A DNA stretch of 64,000 nt from Promethearchaeati archaeon SRVP18_Atabeyarchaeia-1 (GTDB taxonomy: Archaea > Asgardarchaeota > Atabeyarchaeia > Atabeyarchaeales > Atabeyarchaeaceae). Below, piece by piece: positions 9,371 through 18,834 of this stretch (its first letter is position 1; the number at the start of each line of letters is the position of its first letter). The notes under the pieces were generated by a model, which saw nothing but the letters and a program-made list of their open reading frames with translations, did not search any database and had not been told where the DNA came from. The stretch lies in the NCBI GenBank assembly GCA_037308085.1, contig CP147779.1:128001-192000 (forward strand), given 5' to 3'. Made by a program: the position numbers and the translations under genes.

Positions 9371-10270
9371 TCAGTAGCCCAATCTCTGAAGCAGCTGGTT
9401 GGGTGAGATGGCATTCTTGTTTAGGCCAAGTTCTTCTTTGCTGAGCCCAAGCGCCAATCCAAGAAGCTGTGTGTAGTAGAAAACAGGAATATTGAATTCT
9501 TCTCCAAATTGCTTTTTGATGTCGAGTTGCCCTCCCTCAAGCTGCATATGACAAAACGGGCAACAATCGACGATGCAATCGACGTTCGCGGCTTTGATGT
9601 TGTTCAGCTTCTCACGTACCATGTCTGTGGCGACCGCCAGATTTGAGGAGCGAACACCACCACCCGCTCCGCAACACATATTCTTGTCCTTGTAGTCTAT
9701 ACTCTTAGCTCCGGTCGCTTCCACAAGTTCATCGAGGAATCTCGGGTTCTCAGTGACTCCCCATCGCCTTATCTCGCTTGGCTTAACTATGTGACATCCA
9801 TAGTGAACTGCTACACGAAGTGGTAGACTATTCTCGACATGCTCTGCGATCTTGCTTGGTCCTAGATCCACGTATAGGGCCTCTACCAGGTGCTTGACGT
9901 CTACCGTTCCGAGATACTCTCTTGCTCCGGCTTCCTTGAGTATCTTGTTTACCCAATCTCTTTTTGCTTCGTTGTGCTTCAGTGTCTCATTGGTTTCTCT
10001 CAAGGTACCATAGCATCCATTGCATCCAGTAAGAATATTGCACCCGAGCTGTTCCGCAATAGTGATGTTTCTGGCGCCTGCTGCCAGCCAGAATTTGTTG
10101 CTGAAGGATCTGATGACACCCGGAGCCGGGCAACAAGAAGCTCCTTTCATGTCAAGGAGTTCTATTCCGAGACTTGGCATCACGTTTCTAATAGATGCCT
10201 CGATATTCGGATATCTGTCAGGTATCATGCAACCTAAGAAAAATGCATACCTTGAGTTCGAGTCGCCCAT
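9371..10270 (-). CDS. hdrB: Heterodisulfide reductase subunit B
   Basis: FFLGC, SCCPAPG, CNGC, HYGCH, CCGAGGG, CPFCHMQ (two CCG domains). Confidence 0.95.
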   Translation of the reverse strand: MGDSNSRYAFFLGCMIPDRYPNIEASIRNVMPSLGIELLDMKGASCCPAPGVIRSFSNKFWLAAGARNITIAEQLGCNILTGCNGCYGTLRETNETLKHNEAKRDWVNKILKEAGAREYLGTVDVKHLVEALYVDLGPSKIAEHVENSLPLRVAVHYGCHIVKPSEIRRWGVTENPRFLDELVEATGAKSIDYKDKNMCCGAGGGVRSSNLAVATDMVREKLNNIKAANVDCIVDCCPFCHMQLEGGQLDIKKQFGEEFNIPVFYYTQLLGLALGLSKEELGLNKNAISPNQLLQRLGY

Positions 10271-10277
10271 TCGTCAA

Positions 10278-10829
10278 TCACTTCTCCGAGCATCCTACAA
10301 GTTTGTCAAAGCCTGTAAGTTTGGCTATCATCTGGACCTGTCTTAAAGCATCCCCGTAGCTTGCTGTGGTGGGTGGTTTCTCAGGCAACCCCAAGCTCTT
10401 TCTAAGGCTGCTCCATTTGGGGTCGTCAATCGGGACCGCATGACCGTATTCTATCAGCTTCTGGGCAGCTACCCTGTGTGCTGGAAGAATATGCCCCGCC
10501 TCCACAGCCATGTTGCGAATCTCTATTATTGTGTTTACGGTTTCTATCTTCCGCGGACAACGTTCATAACAAGTGTAACAAGTAGTGCAAAGCCATATGT
10601 TCGGATCAGCGAGGAGTTCGTCTTTCAAGCCTAGAAGGGCGGACCTCATGATTTGCCTCGTTCTATAGGCAGTTCTCCTTCCTGACGGGCAAGAAGCCGT
10701 GCAGGTTCCGCATTGGATGCAGGATCTGAGGCGTTCCGCACCAGCCTCCACTATCCGATTGATGAACTCCTGATCACCTTGGGATGTTCGTATCGTTTTT
10801 CTCTCGATGGCAGCATCAGTTGACATCAC
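10278..10829 (-). CDS. hdrC: Heterodisulfide reductase subunit C
   Basis: CIQCGTCTASCPS and WLCTTCYTCYERCPR 4Fe-4S motifs; GHAVP; adjacent to hdrB. Confidence 0.95.
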   Translation of the reverse strand: MMSTDAAIERKTIRTSQGDQEFINRIVEAGAERLRSCIQCGTCTASCPSGRRTAYRTRQIMRSALLGLKDELLADPNIWLCTTCYTCYERCPRKIETVNTIIEIRNMAVEAGHILPAHRVAAQKLIEYGHAVPIDDPKWSSLRKSLGLPEKPPTTASYGDALRQVQMIAKLTGFDKLVGCSEK

Positions 10830-10935
10830 TTACGCTCTCCCACAATGATTGTCTAGATGTAATGGTCTCCTGCTAACAAATATCCTAGTGAGGTGTAACC
10901 CCGAGATGTAACACCACTCTCACTACTTTTGTGGC

Positions 10936-10945
10936 TATATATAAA
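10936..10945 (-). promoter_or_regulatory. TATA box of the hdrCB promoter
   Basis: TTTATATATA on the minus strand about 110 bp upstream of hdrC. Confidence 0.55.
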
Positions 10946-11019
10946 GATTAGTTACTCAACTTCTTTAGCTAATCACTCTTTATGGAGCCCGGTTCAATCC
11001 GCGGCTCAAAAGAAATCTG

Positions 11020-12012
11020 CTAGCGCCCTCTTTCAAACAACCCTGCTATTGCTTTCAGGTATTGTTCCTTCGCCATGCGAAGCTCAACGCGCATTATGAA
11101 CTCCTTTATGCTAGGAACATCCGTGAGGCTGATGCCTCTTCTTGAGTCCTTCAGGTACCCTCTGCTCACGCCTTCCACCACCTCGGACTGAAGGAGCGTG
11201 TCAAGTTCTCCAGATTTAGATATCTGTGTTCCAGGTATCGCCTGCAGATATTCTCTTGCCTCTTTCACGATGATCTCATTCCACCGCTGTGTCTCGGTTT
11301 TTGCTGCCCACTCATAGATCTCTTTTCCGACGAGAATCATGTTGTGTAATAGCCGGTGGGTACTCAGGAGCTTGGGCCCGTGCTCCTCTGGGTACGATGT
11401 GCCTCTGCTACATAAGTTCTTCAACGATACAAAGGCATCCTTAAATGGTGTAGTGACCGTGTTTGCTATTAGCCCACGCTCGTAACTCTGCAACGATGAT
11501 GGTCTGTCAATAATAGAGAGGGGGATCTCAGCGATAAGTTGGTTCAGGATTAGCGCGGATGTTCCATCGTAGTCTTTTCTTGCGCTCCGCATCTTCTCCC
11601 AATCAGGAGTCGAAAGCAGTATGCCAGTGATCTCGCGTGAATCTTCTATGTACATGCCTCTCTGCATTGATAGTTCCACTTGATAGAGACCCGGACCAGT
11701 CAGGAGTATGTAGGGCGGATCAGCGCCACCTTTCCCTACGATGTTCGCTGAGCTGACGGCTATTATCACGAAGTTCCTTTTAACATCCAACGCGGGGTTG
11801 CCCATATAGGAGTAGGAGTCGTGGTTCAGACCAGATATCTTGCTCCAGTCCTTGATGAGCAGTATCTCATTGAGGGCATATCCCAATGGGCCCTTGCCAT
11901 ATATTTCGACCAGCTCGCTACTGTGGAGGCGCTCCTCAATCTCTTTCAGCCTTCCGCTTACTAGTCCGCTTAGGATTTTCCCTTTCTCTTGGTTGCTTGT
12001 ATCAGGGGGCAT
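11020..12012 (-). CDS. Hypothetical protein (330 aa)
   Basis: Long ORF with globular-protein composition; no motif recognised. Confidence 0.7.
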   Translation of the reverse strand: MPPDTSNQEKGKILSGLVSGRLKEIEERLHSSELVEIYGKGPLGYALNEILLIKDWSKISGLNHDSYSYMGNPALDVKRNFVIIAVSSANIVGKGGADPPYILLTGPGLYQVELSMQRGMYIEDSREITGILLSTPDWEKMRSARKDYDGTSALILNQLIAEIPLSIIDRPSSLQSYERGLIANTVTTPFKDAFVSLKNLCSRGTSYPEEHGPKLLSTHRLLHNMILVGKEIYEWAAKTETQRWNEIIVKEAREYLQAIPGTQISKSGELDTLLQSEVVEGVSRGYLKDSRRGISLTDVPSIKEFIMRVELRMAKEQYLKAIAGLFERGR

Positions 12013-12114
12013 TACTTCATTCCACTCCAGAGTCGCCGCCGATGTGCGGGTAGCTGATTGGTTACGCGCACGAAATATCCTTGTTCACTTTCATAGATTG
12101 CGGTACTCATCTAA

Positions 12115-13380
12115 TTATCGGCCGCTTGTTAATGCCTTGTTGAGAAACTTCGCGACGATTTTTGAGAACATTACCACATCATTAAGATCCACGAACTCGT
12201 CTCTCGAGTGACCTCCGGACTTCGCGCGTGCGGCGCCAAGCAGCATTGTAGGGATCCCTGCGTTGGCAGTATAGCAGCCATCTGTGCACCCAGGGGAACC
12301 ACCCAGGAAAGGCGACACACCTGCGGTCTCCGTGTAGGCCTCTGAAAGTAGCTGCACACCCCAGCTTTTTGGATCTGATTCGAACGAATCGTGGAAATGG
12401 CTATAGTCGACCGTCACTGAGAGATTTGGGTCGCTCCTCTTTAATTCATCTATTAGTGAGAGTACTTTTTTTGCTTCGTTTACGACCTTCTCCTCAGGTA
12501 TCACCCGTCTATCAACCAGTGCTTCGCATCTGTCCGGCACCACATTAACCTTCAGCCCTCCATTGATGACTCCAATTGACATTGTGGGCCGGAGGCTATC
12601 GATCTCGAAGGACCTGTGAACAGGTATCCTCGATCTCACGTTGGACAGTCGGTAGGTGTGCTGCATGAGCATACTCAGTACTTTGACCATCTTCTCTATC
12701 GCGTTTATGCCCATCCATGGGCGTGAAGAGTGTGCAGCTTTGCCGTAGGTTATTATCTTAAATCGAAGGCAGCCGTTTGCGGCATACTTTATGCTTTCAA
12801 TCGAGCTATCGGCGACTAGGCAGCAGTCACCTTTCACAAGGCCCTTTTTCACCAAGTACAGGAGTCCTGTCGTCCCGCCTATTTCCTCATCGACAGTAAC
12901 GGATAGGGTAATGCTTCCTTTCATCTCTGAATCGAGCTGAGCGAGAGCTGACAGGGCGAAGACCATCGCGGCTATCGAACCTTTCATGTCTGATGTTCCA
13001 CGTCCAAACATCAGGTTATCTCTCACTGTCGCCGAGAACGGCGGGTATTTCCATCCTTCACCTGCGGGAACCACATCTATGTGACCGTTTAGAAGTATGT
13101 TCGGTCCGCCCGTGCCCCATTGCTTCACCGCGATCAAATTCGGTCTCCGACCGTGGAGCAGGTTGGTCTGCATGCCCAGTTCCTTTAATGGTTTCAGCTC
13201 AGCGTCCACCAGCGTGCATTTGAAATCAATGTCTTTCATTTTGTCCCGCATCATAGAAATGGCATCTTCGTAGTTGCTTCCCGGCGGTACGACTGTTGGG
13301 ATAGAAACGAGATCCCTTAGGAAGCTGATTAGTGCTCCCTTTGATTCATCTATGGCATCGAATAGTCGGTTCTGCTCCAT
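12115..13380 (-). CDS. M20 family (ArgE/DapE-like) metallo-amidohydrolase, second paralog
   Basis: NGHIDVVP, GRGTSDMKG, DEE, GHSRDE. Confidence 0.9.
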   Translation of the reverse strand: MEQNRLFDAIDESKGALISFLRDLVSIPTVVPPGSNYEDAISMMRDKMKDIDFKCTLVDAELKPLKELGMQTNLLHGRRPNLIAVKQWGTGGPNILLNGHIDVVPAGEGWKYPPFSATVRDNLMFGRGTSDMKGSIAAMVFALSALAQLDSEMKGSITLSVTVDEEIGGTTGLLYLVKKGLVKGDCCLVADSSIESIKYAANGCLRFKIITYGKAAHSSRPWMGINAIEKMVKVLSMLMQHTYRLSNVRSRIPVHRSFEIDSLRPTMSIGVINGGLKVNVVPDRCEALVDRRVIPEEKVVNEAKKVLSLIDELKRSDPNLSVTVDYSHFHDSFESDPKSWGVQLLSEAYTETAGVSPFLGGSPGCTDGCYTANAGIPTMLLGAARAKSGGHSRDEFVDLNDVVMFSKIVAKFLNKALTSGR

Positions 13381-13459
13381 CTTAAACGACCCGCAATGAT
13401 ACTAAGGTAACTACTCGGATTCATGTCTATCCGCACGGGCTGTCTTAGCGGCTGGTAGG

Positions 13460-13669
13460 TCATAGGGGTGAGGGCTCGTCATCCTCACCAACTGGTGATG
13501 TGACGGGGTGAGTAAAAGATTTCTTGTCCTTGGAGGATACCTTGACCTTCCAGAAGTTCTTGCACTTATGATTCTCTGGAAGCCTATGTTCCAAACAGAA
13601 GCTTCCCTCACAGAATTGGCACTTGAAGGGAAGGTAGATCTCTTTGTCGCAGACGAGGCATTTCACCAA
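13460..13669 (-). CDS. Small AN1-type zinc-finger protein
   Basis: CLVC...LPFKCQFCEGSFCLEHRLPENHKC is the AN1 consensus. GGAGGAGG SD precedes TTG 13669/GTG 13666. Confidence 0.85.
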   Translation of the reverse strand: MVKCLVCDKEIYLPFKCQFCEGSFCLEHRLPENHKCKNFWKVKVSSKDKKSFTHPVTSPVGEDDEPSPL

Positions 13670-13903
13670 GGAACTTCGTCCTCCTCCAGGGAAGTGTGGT
13701 CTTTCAGGCAACTATAGAAGGTTTCGCTATCATGTTCTTAAATGTTACCGATTGAATGTTGAAGCAAGAGCAGAATCATATGCATGCTGGTTGCGAATAT
13801 AGGAATCATACCTCCCCAAAACCGAGAAGTTAATGAAAAAGAATAAGTGCCCGAAAAATAACCTATTCTACTGTGCCTGCAAAGGCTGATAGGTGTTTAG
13901 ACC

Positions 13904-14896
13904 TTGTCCGATGATTTTGTTCCACAAAGTTCCCTGGCGCCCATACCTGGGAGCTCCTACAGTGTTAGAATTGGAAAGATTCGTGATATTTGGGCCATCA
14001 GGGTATACAGGGGCCAACAGATCCTTGCAACCGAAATTATCGGCGAGTTGGACCCGCAGATCATAGTTACTGTGGCCCAGTCGGCTATATCACTCCCATC
14101 ATATTCGCCATATCACATAGTTAGAGCCGTATCCCCGCTGATTAGGGAAGCCAAAGCCGGCTACGTTCCTCCGTCTCCCCCTTCCCCGATTGGAGGACAA
14201 GTCGACGCTGCGAGCCTGACCGCAAATGGGGAACCCAGAAGCGCAAGTACTCCAACCCCAGAATCTCCGAAAAGGGCAACAACCAACGTGCAACCTCCTG
14301 CCTCGCCTCCAGCCGTTGAGCAGGAACCATCGCCTGCGATTACCCAACAACCAAAAGCCGTTGAAAAAAAGAGGCCTCTAGTGGAGATACCCCCCTTGGA
14401 GCCAATAAGGAGCCAGAAGAAGCTCGTTCTTGAGCCACTTGGACCTGAGAAAACAGCCAGCCGACTCTACTCAACGTTGATGAACCATCTGGGAGTCGCG
14501 GTCGCGTACATCTACAATAACTACGGGGAGAAATCTGCCACCAGATTGTGGGAGTTCATGACGGAGGCTGCCGAAGTCTCACAGGGGAAGAGACGGAACG
14601 AGAGCTTTGAGGATTTTGTCAAAAGACGAGTCGAAGAGGATATGGTTCTTGGTATTGAGCATCAGGTCTCCGAATTCTATGACGACAAGTTTGCCAGTTA
14701 CGTTAAGAACTGTAAGCTGAAGACGATAGCTGGGGATCGTGAAACGTCTCCCACTCGCTTTCATCAGGAGCTTCCCTGCATGCTATGCCAATCAACTTGG
14801 CAAGGTAGTTCTAGGGCAATGGGTTACCAGATTCAGATCACGAAGGATGGAGATGGCTGTAGAATAAGCTTGGAAAAAGCCAGCCTAAAAAGATGA
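13904..14896 (+). CDS. Two-domain protein: unknown N-domain, Pro-rich linker, C-terminal V4R/ATC-hydrolase-like domain
   Basis: Low-complexity P/S/A linker at about aa 88-165. C-domain has helix YIYNNYGEKSATRLW and a CKL...PCMLC...GC pattern. Confidence 0.6.
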   Translation: MSDDFVPQSSLAPIPGSSYSVRIGKIRDIWAIRVYRGQQILATEIIGELDPQIIVTVAQSAISLPSYSPYHIVRAVSPLIREAKAGYVPPSPPSPIGGQVDAASLTANGEPRSASTPTPESPKRATTNVQPPASPPAVEQEPSPAITQQPKAVEKKRPLVEIPPLEPIRSQKKLVLEPLGPEKTASRLYSTLMNHLGVAVAYIYNNYGEKSATRLWEFMTEAAEVSQGKRRNESFEDFVKRRVEEDMVLGIEHQVSEFYDDKFASYVKNCKLKTIAGDRETSPTRFHQELPCMLCQSTWQGSSRAMGYQIQITKDGDGCRISLEKASLKR

Positions 14897-14937
14897 AGCC
14901 CAGATCGAGTTTGGATGCATAAGCCAGTAGTGCGCGA

Positions 14938-16482
14938 CTAATCCCGCTTTTCAGCTTCCTTTTCCCGGCGGGCCCGAGATCGAACTCCTAGGGACCCTCC
15001 GATTTTCTCTAGGTAGGCTTGAATAGGCAGAGCAAAACCTGATTCTCTAGCCAAGCGTTTCGTGAAGCCGGCTTTTCTTGCAATTAGGTCCATGATCTTG
15101 GCGACCCCAGAGCCGAACTGCACGGCGACTTTCTGAACTGGAAGAAGCTCCGTCCGTATTCCTATTCTGGAAGCAACTTGGCGCAAGATGTACTTTCGTG
15201 TAATGCGTTTGCCTTCACTAGATAACTTCAATTGAATTGGGATGCCGAGCGAGAACCTCACGACGGAGGCGTCGAGAAAGGGAGCGAGGATTTGGCTAGA
15301 ACTTGGCGTTCCCAATTGATCATATTGAGGAATGACGTTGCCTAGCCCCACGATGTCGTTTAACATCTCGTTACAGACAGCAGTGTACCCTTCTTTGGCG
15401 AGTGTGTTCTCATACCTCTCGTATCCGCCATAGAGTTCATCGGCGCCCTGACCGTGAAGCACAAGGGTTTCACCCCTATTCACTGATTCCCTGATGGCAA
15501 AGTAGATCGGCAAAGATGTGCTGACAACTATCATATCGGTGCTCTCGACTAGGCTGACGACTCGCGGCAAATTTTCAGCGACATTTTCGTAAGTTACCTC
15601 CGCCTCGGTTAAGGGTATTTGTAGTGTCGATGACATCCGTCTTGCGTTGTAGATGTCCCTGGAGGACCGTGTTCCGGCGCAATATAGTCTGCATTTGACA
15701 CCGAGATCCATCGAGAGCTTCGCTACTACCGAGCTATCAAGCCCACCAGAAAAAAGTATCCCGATTTCCTTGTGTCCGGCAATCATTTTGGCGATTACCT
15801 CTGAGAGAATCGTGACCAGTGACTGAGCTGCTGAGCGCTCGGATAGTCGAATCGATTCTATCCTCATGCCCGAACTAATGGTTCTGACTCCGCCTTGGGA
15901 TATTAAGGTGGGTTGGGTGACGCTCTTGAGGTTCTTAAGGCCAATGTCCCATAGAGGTCTTCGCCTTGATGAGAACGCGATCAGGTGATCATCCTGAGCA
16001 ATGTAAAGAGGTTTCACTCCGATCGTGTCTCTTGCTAGGAGAAACTCGTTGCCCCATTTTAGAGCGAGAGCATACTGGCCATCCAGCGACTCCACTAGTT
16101 TCTTGGAGGATAACTCGATATCGTGGGTCGCATTCATGGTTTTTTCTAGTAGCTGAATCAGCGCGGTGGGCGCATCGGGTTGGTTGAAGATTCTCCCCGT
16201 CACTGCAACGAAGCTGGACTCAGCATCGCCTGCTGCACTGCTAGGCGTTTCGTCTCTGGATGAGTAGGCGATTCCCAGAGCAATAGTCGAAGGCGGCAGT
16301 GATATTGCCTCGAAACCTTCGATGGAGTCAGCCTCAATATACTCGTCCTGCAAGGCTAGTTTCACGTTGTCAATGCCAGAAAAATCGCTGGCGGATATTC
16401 TGAGCATGCCCTGCACTGTCTCTGATACGCTTTTGCCGGTCTTGCTGAAGGCGCCGATCACTATACACGTAGGCAACACCAT
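14938..16482 (-). CDS. Asparagine synthetase B-like protein with degenerate glutaminase domain
   Basis: LFSGGLDSS, GQGADELYGGY, ARDTIGVKPLY present. N-terminal Ntn motifs are eroded. Confidence 0.85.
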   Translation of the reverse strand: MVLPTCIVIGAFSKTGKSVSETVQGMLRISASDFSGIDNVKLALQDEYIEADSIEGFEAISLPPSTIALGIAYSSRDETPSSAAGDAESSFVAVTGRIFNQPDAPTALIQLLEKTMNATHDIELSSKKLVESLDGQYALALKWGNEFLLARDTIGVKPLYIAQDDHLIAFSSRRRPLWDIGLKNLKSVTQPTLISQGGVRTISSGMRIESIRLSERSAAQSLVTILSEVIAKMIAGHKEIGILFSGGLDSSVVAKLSMDLGVKCRLYCAGTRSSRDIYNARRMSSTLQIPLTEAEVTYENVAENLPRVVSLVESTDMIVVSTSLPIYFAIRESVNRGETLVLHGQGADELYGGYERYENTLAKEGYTAVCNEMLNDIVGLGNVIPQYDQLGTPSSSQILAPFLDASVVRFSLGIPIQLKLSSEGKRITRKYILRQVASRIGIRTELLPVQKVAVQFGSGVAKIMDLIARKAGFTKRLARESGFALPIQAYLEKIGGSLGVRSRARREKEAEKRD

Positions 16483-16603
16483 CTGCCGACGGGTTTGATT
16501 AATAAGGGAATTCAGTTTCTTTAGGTATCTTGATTATTCGTTGCTGGGCTGTCTCCTCGCTTGAAGACGCGCTCGCAACCTAGGTGTCGAGCGAAGGTGT
16601 CAC

Positions 16604-17917
16604 TTGCAGATGTGCGAGAACATAATCGAGTGTGACAAGGGTCTGGTCAAGGAGGCAGAGATTACACCCAGTCTTTTCAAACCTAACTACAAGCGTTGCA
16701 TTCATATGGTGTTGCCAACCGCCTTATCCTTTTTGGGTTTCAGGCTGCCTACCAGAGAATATTCTTCTTTGACTGATACTGCACGCCTAAGAAGAACAAT
16801 GGAAAACAACAGCTGTTTCGACTCAGACAAAGTAATCATGGTTGTAGCAGATTCCGTGGGTATAGAACAGTTTCGAAAATCCAGCTACCTCTCGAATATC
16901 TACAACGAGACAAATGGATTTCAGCTTTCATCGGTATTCCCCACCATCACATCCACAGCTCTAGCGTCAATTCACATGGCCACTCCTCCAGGCATTCATG
17001 GCATCTTCGGTCACAAGATCTTTTTCAAGGAGCTAGGCGCAGTGGTGGACACTCTCAAGATGAGCACTCTGTCTGTTGGAGCCAGGGACTCGTTGATTAG
17101 AGCTGGAATTGACGCTCGCGCGTTGACGTACTGCAGTTCGCCATACGATCTTGTCGAGCAGCAGGGGATCGAGCATGTGGAACTACTCGAAGATGAAATA
17201 GCCGGCACTGGATTGTCCAATATGATCTACAGGAGACAGGTCGCACGTGGGTTCAACAATTTGATTGATGCATTCTCAATGGCCAGACAGGCGCTGGAAG
17301 AAGAGAAAGACAAGAAGGTCATGGTGAACCTATACACTGGAATACTCGATTCGCTTAGCCACAAGTACGGCCCGTACAGCGAGGAATATTCCATTGGCAT
17401 GAGGTTCCTAGACGAGAACATTCGGAGACTAGTTGGAAGCATCAGGGACAGTACCGCCGAGAAGACGACGTTGGTCTTCCTCGCGGATCACGGACAGGAT
17501 CCAATAGACCCGAGACTAGAAATAGTCTTCTCCAGGGATGAGATCGAGAAACTCGGCAAGTTTCTCCGTGCCCCTGCTGGAAAATCAGGCAGAGTCATGC
17601 ATTTCTATGTGAAAGATGGATTTCAGGAGGATACGGTGCATGAACTCAAGAAGAAGGTAGGCGAACGAGGTTACTTGGTTACGTTTGAGGACGCCATTAG
17701 GACCTTCGTGGGCAAAACCATGAATCTGAAGATGAGTAAGATGAGGCTGGGAGACATAATCCTGATCCTTAAGAAGGGAGTGAACGTTGAAATCAGGAGG
17801 GATGAAAGCCAGAACAGATGGGAAGAACCTTTGCGCGGATCGCACGGCTCGATGACGTTAAACGAGCTCTTGGTACCTTTCATCTCTGTGAAGCTATCGC
17901 AACTGAAGAAATACTGA
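16604..17917 (+). CDS. Alkaline phosphatase superfamily nucleotide pyrophosphatase/phosphodiesterase
   Basis: ADSVG, FPTITST (Thr nucleophile), DSLSH, ADHG, GSHG. Confidence 0.88.
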   Translation: MQMCENIIECDKGLVKEAEITPSLFKPNYKRCIHMVLPTALSFLGFRLPTREYSSLTDTARLRRTMENNSCFDSDKVIMVVADSVGIEQFRKSSYLSNIYNETNGFQLSSVFPTITSTALASIHMATPPGIHGIFGHKIFFKELGAVVDTLKMSTLSVGARDSLIRAGIDARALTYCSSPYDLVEQQGIEHVELLEDEIAGTGLSNMIYRRQVARGFNNLIDAFSMARQALEEEKDKKVMVNLYTGILDSLSHKYGPYSEEYSIGMRFLDENIRRLVGSIRDSTAEKTTLVFLADHGQDPIDPRLEIVFSRDEIEKLGKFLRAPAGKSGRVMHFYVKDGFQEDTVHELKKKVGERGYLVTFEDAIRTFVGKTMNLKMSKMRLGDIILILKKGVNVEIRRDESQNRWEEPLRGSHGSMTLNELLVPFISVKLSQLKKY

Positions 17918-17964
17918 ACCAACTCTTTTCGCCGAGCCTTTCCGCGTCTTCTTCGATTCGAGTT

Positions 17965-18834
17965 CTACTTCCCGTCTTCAACGCCTTTCTTCTTCTGGGT
18001 GACTTTGAATACGTCGGCTATCTCGCTCAGATGCTTCTCCATCAGTGATTCAAGCGGCTCTTCGATTGAGACCTCTTTTTGTGCGAGCCTCTCGCGCTCC
18101 GCTTTTTTTTGAGTTTGTGAAGCCCCCTTAAGAAATTCGACTGCTAGAACCCGACCATTTTCGATAATAACCCGTGGGGTATACTCTTCTGCGAGAAAGA
18201 TCCCGTCTTCCAGAGGGTTTGTGACTTTTCCAACCTTACGCTCAACTTTCTCCTTGCCGAAGACTCTTGTCCTCGACACTGAGACGGCAAACATATCATG
18301 GCCAATAACAATCAGTTCCCGGTCAAAACCTTTTGGTGGCTCAATCGAGCTCAGCCTTTCGACTATCTTGCTCGAATCCATTTCAGTCCTTGAGGGTCCT
18401 GTTTGCATCTGCGGTCCCCGAGGTGGGGAAGTGTATGATGGACTCGCAGATGAGCTTGTCTGCATTGTCGGTTGACGCGGCTGAGCCGCAGAACGAGATA
18501 CCTGCTGCGAAGGGGATTCAGGCGTCGCCACAGCAGGGGCAGCAGTACTCGGGCGTGGTACACTGGGTCTTGCATCAATTTGCCGGACAAAGTCTGGGGT
18601 TTCGCTTTCGTCAACCTGCGTCAGCTTGTATGACAGACCGTGTTCAAGCCTTAAGCTTGAAGCCAAGCGCGCACCAATAAACTTGCTCCGAGTCCTGGCG
18701 TCTTTCCCATTCCATAGTACAATCTGCTTGTCTTCGTCGTTGACAAATATGTAGACCTTGCCACTCTCGACGCTCTCCTTTCTGAATGGAGACTCCTTTA
18801 GCTCTCCGTCCTCAGCGACTTCATACATCCTCAT
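17965..18834 (-). CDS. Gelsolin-domain protein (single gelsolin domain, Pro/Ser/Gln linker, second domain; 1DGelX-like)
   Basis: ESGKVYIFVNDEDKQIVLWNGKDARTRSKFIGARLA...VDESETPDF fits a gelsolin repeat. ATG at 18834 is a more plausible start than the TTG at 18879. Confidence 0.75.
   Translation of the reverse strand: MRMYEVAEDGELKESPFRKESVESGKVYIFVNDEDKQIVLWNGKDARTRSKFIGARLASSLRLEHGLSYKLTQVDESETPDFVRQIDARPSVPRPSTAAPAVATPESPSQQVSRSAAQPRQPTMQTSSSASPSYTSPPRGPQMQTGPSRTEMDSSKIVERLSSIEPPKGFDRELIVIGHDMFAVSVSRTRVFGKEKVERKVGKVTNPLEDGIFLAEEYTPRVIIENGRVLAVEFLKGASQTQKKAERERLAQKEVSIEEPLESLMEKHLSEIADVFKVTQKKKGVEDGK

Noticed and set aside
9371-10829. Possible selenocysteine recoding in redox genes, prompted by the PSTK-like gene
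   Set aside because: hdrB, hdrC and the FrhB-like gene are full length with Cys at motif positions; no in-frame TGA is needed.
10985-11007. GAGCCCGGTTCAATCCGCGGCTC resembles a tRNA T-arm
   Set aside because: No acceptor, D or anticodon arms around it; it sits next to a T-run after a stop codon and is more likely a terminator hairpin.
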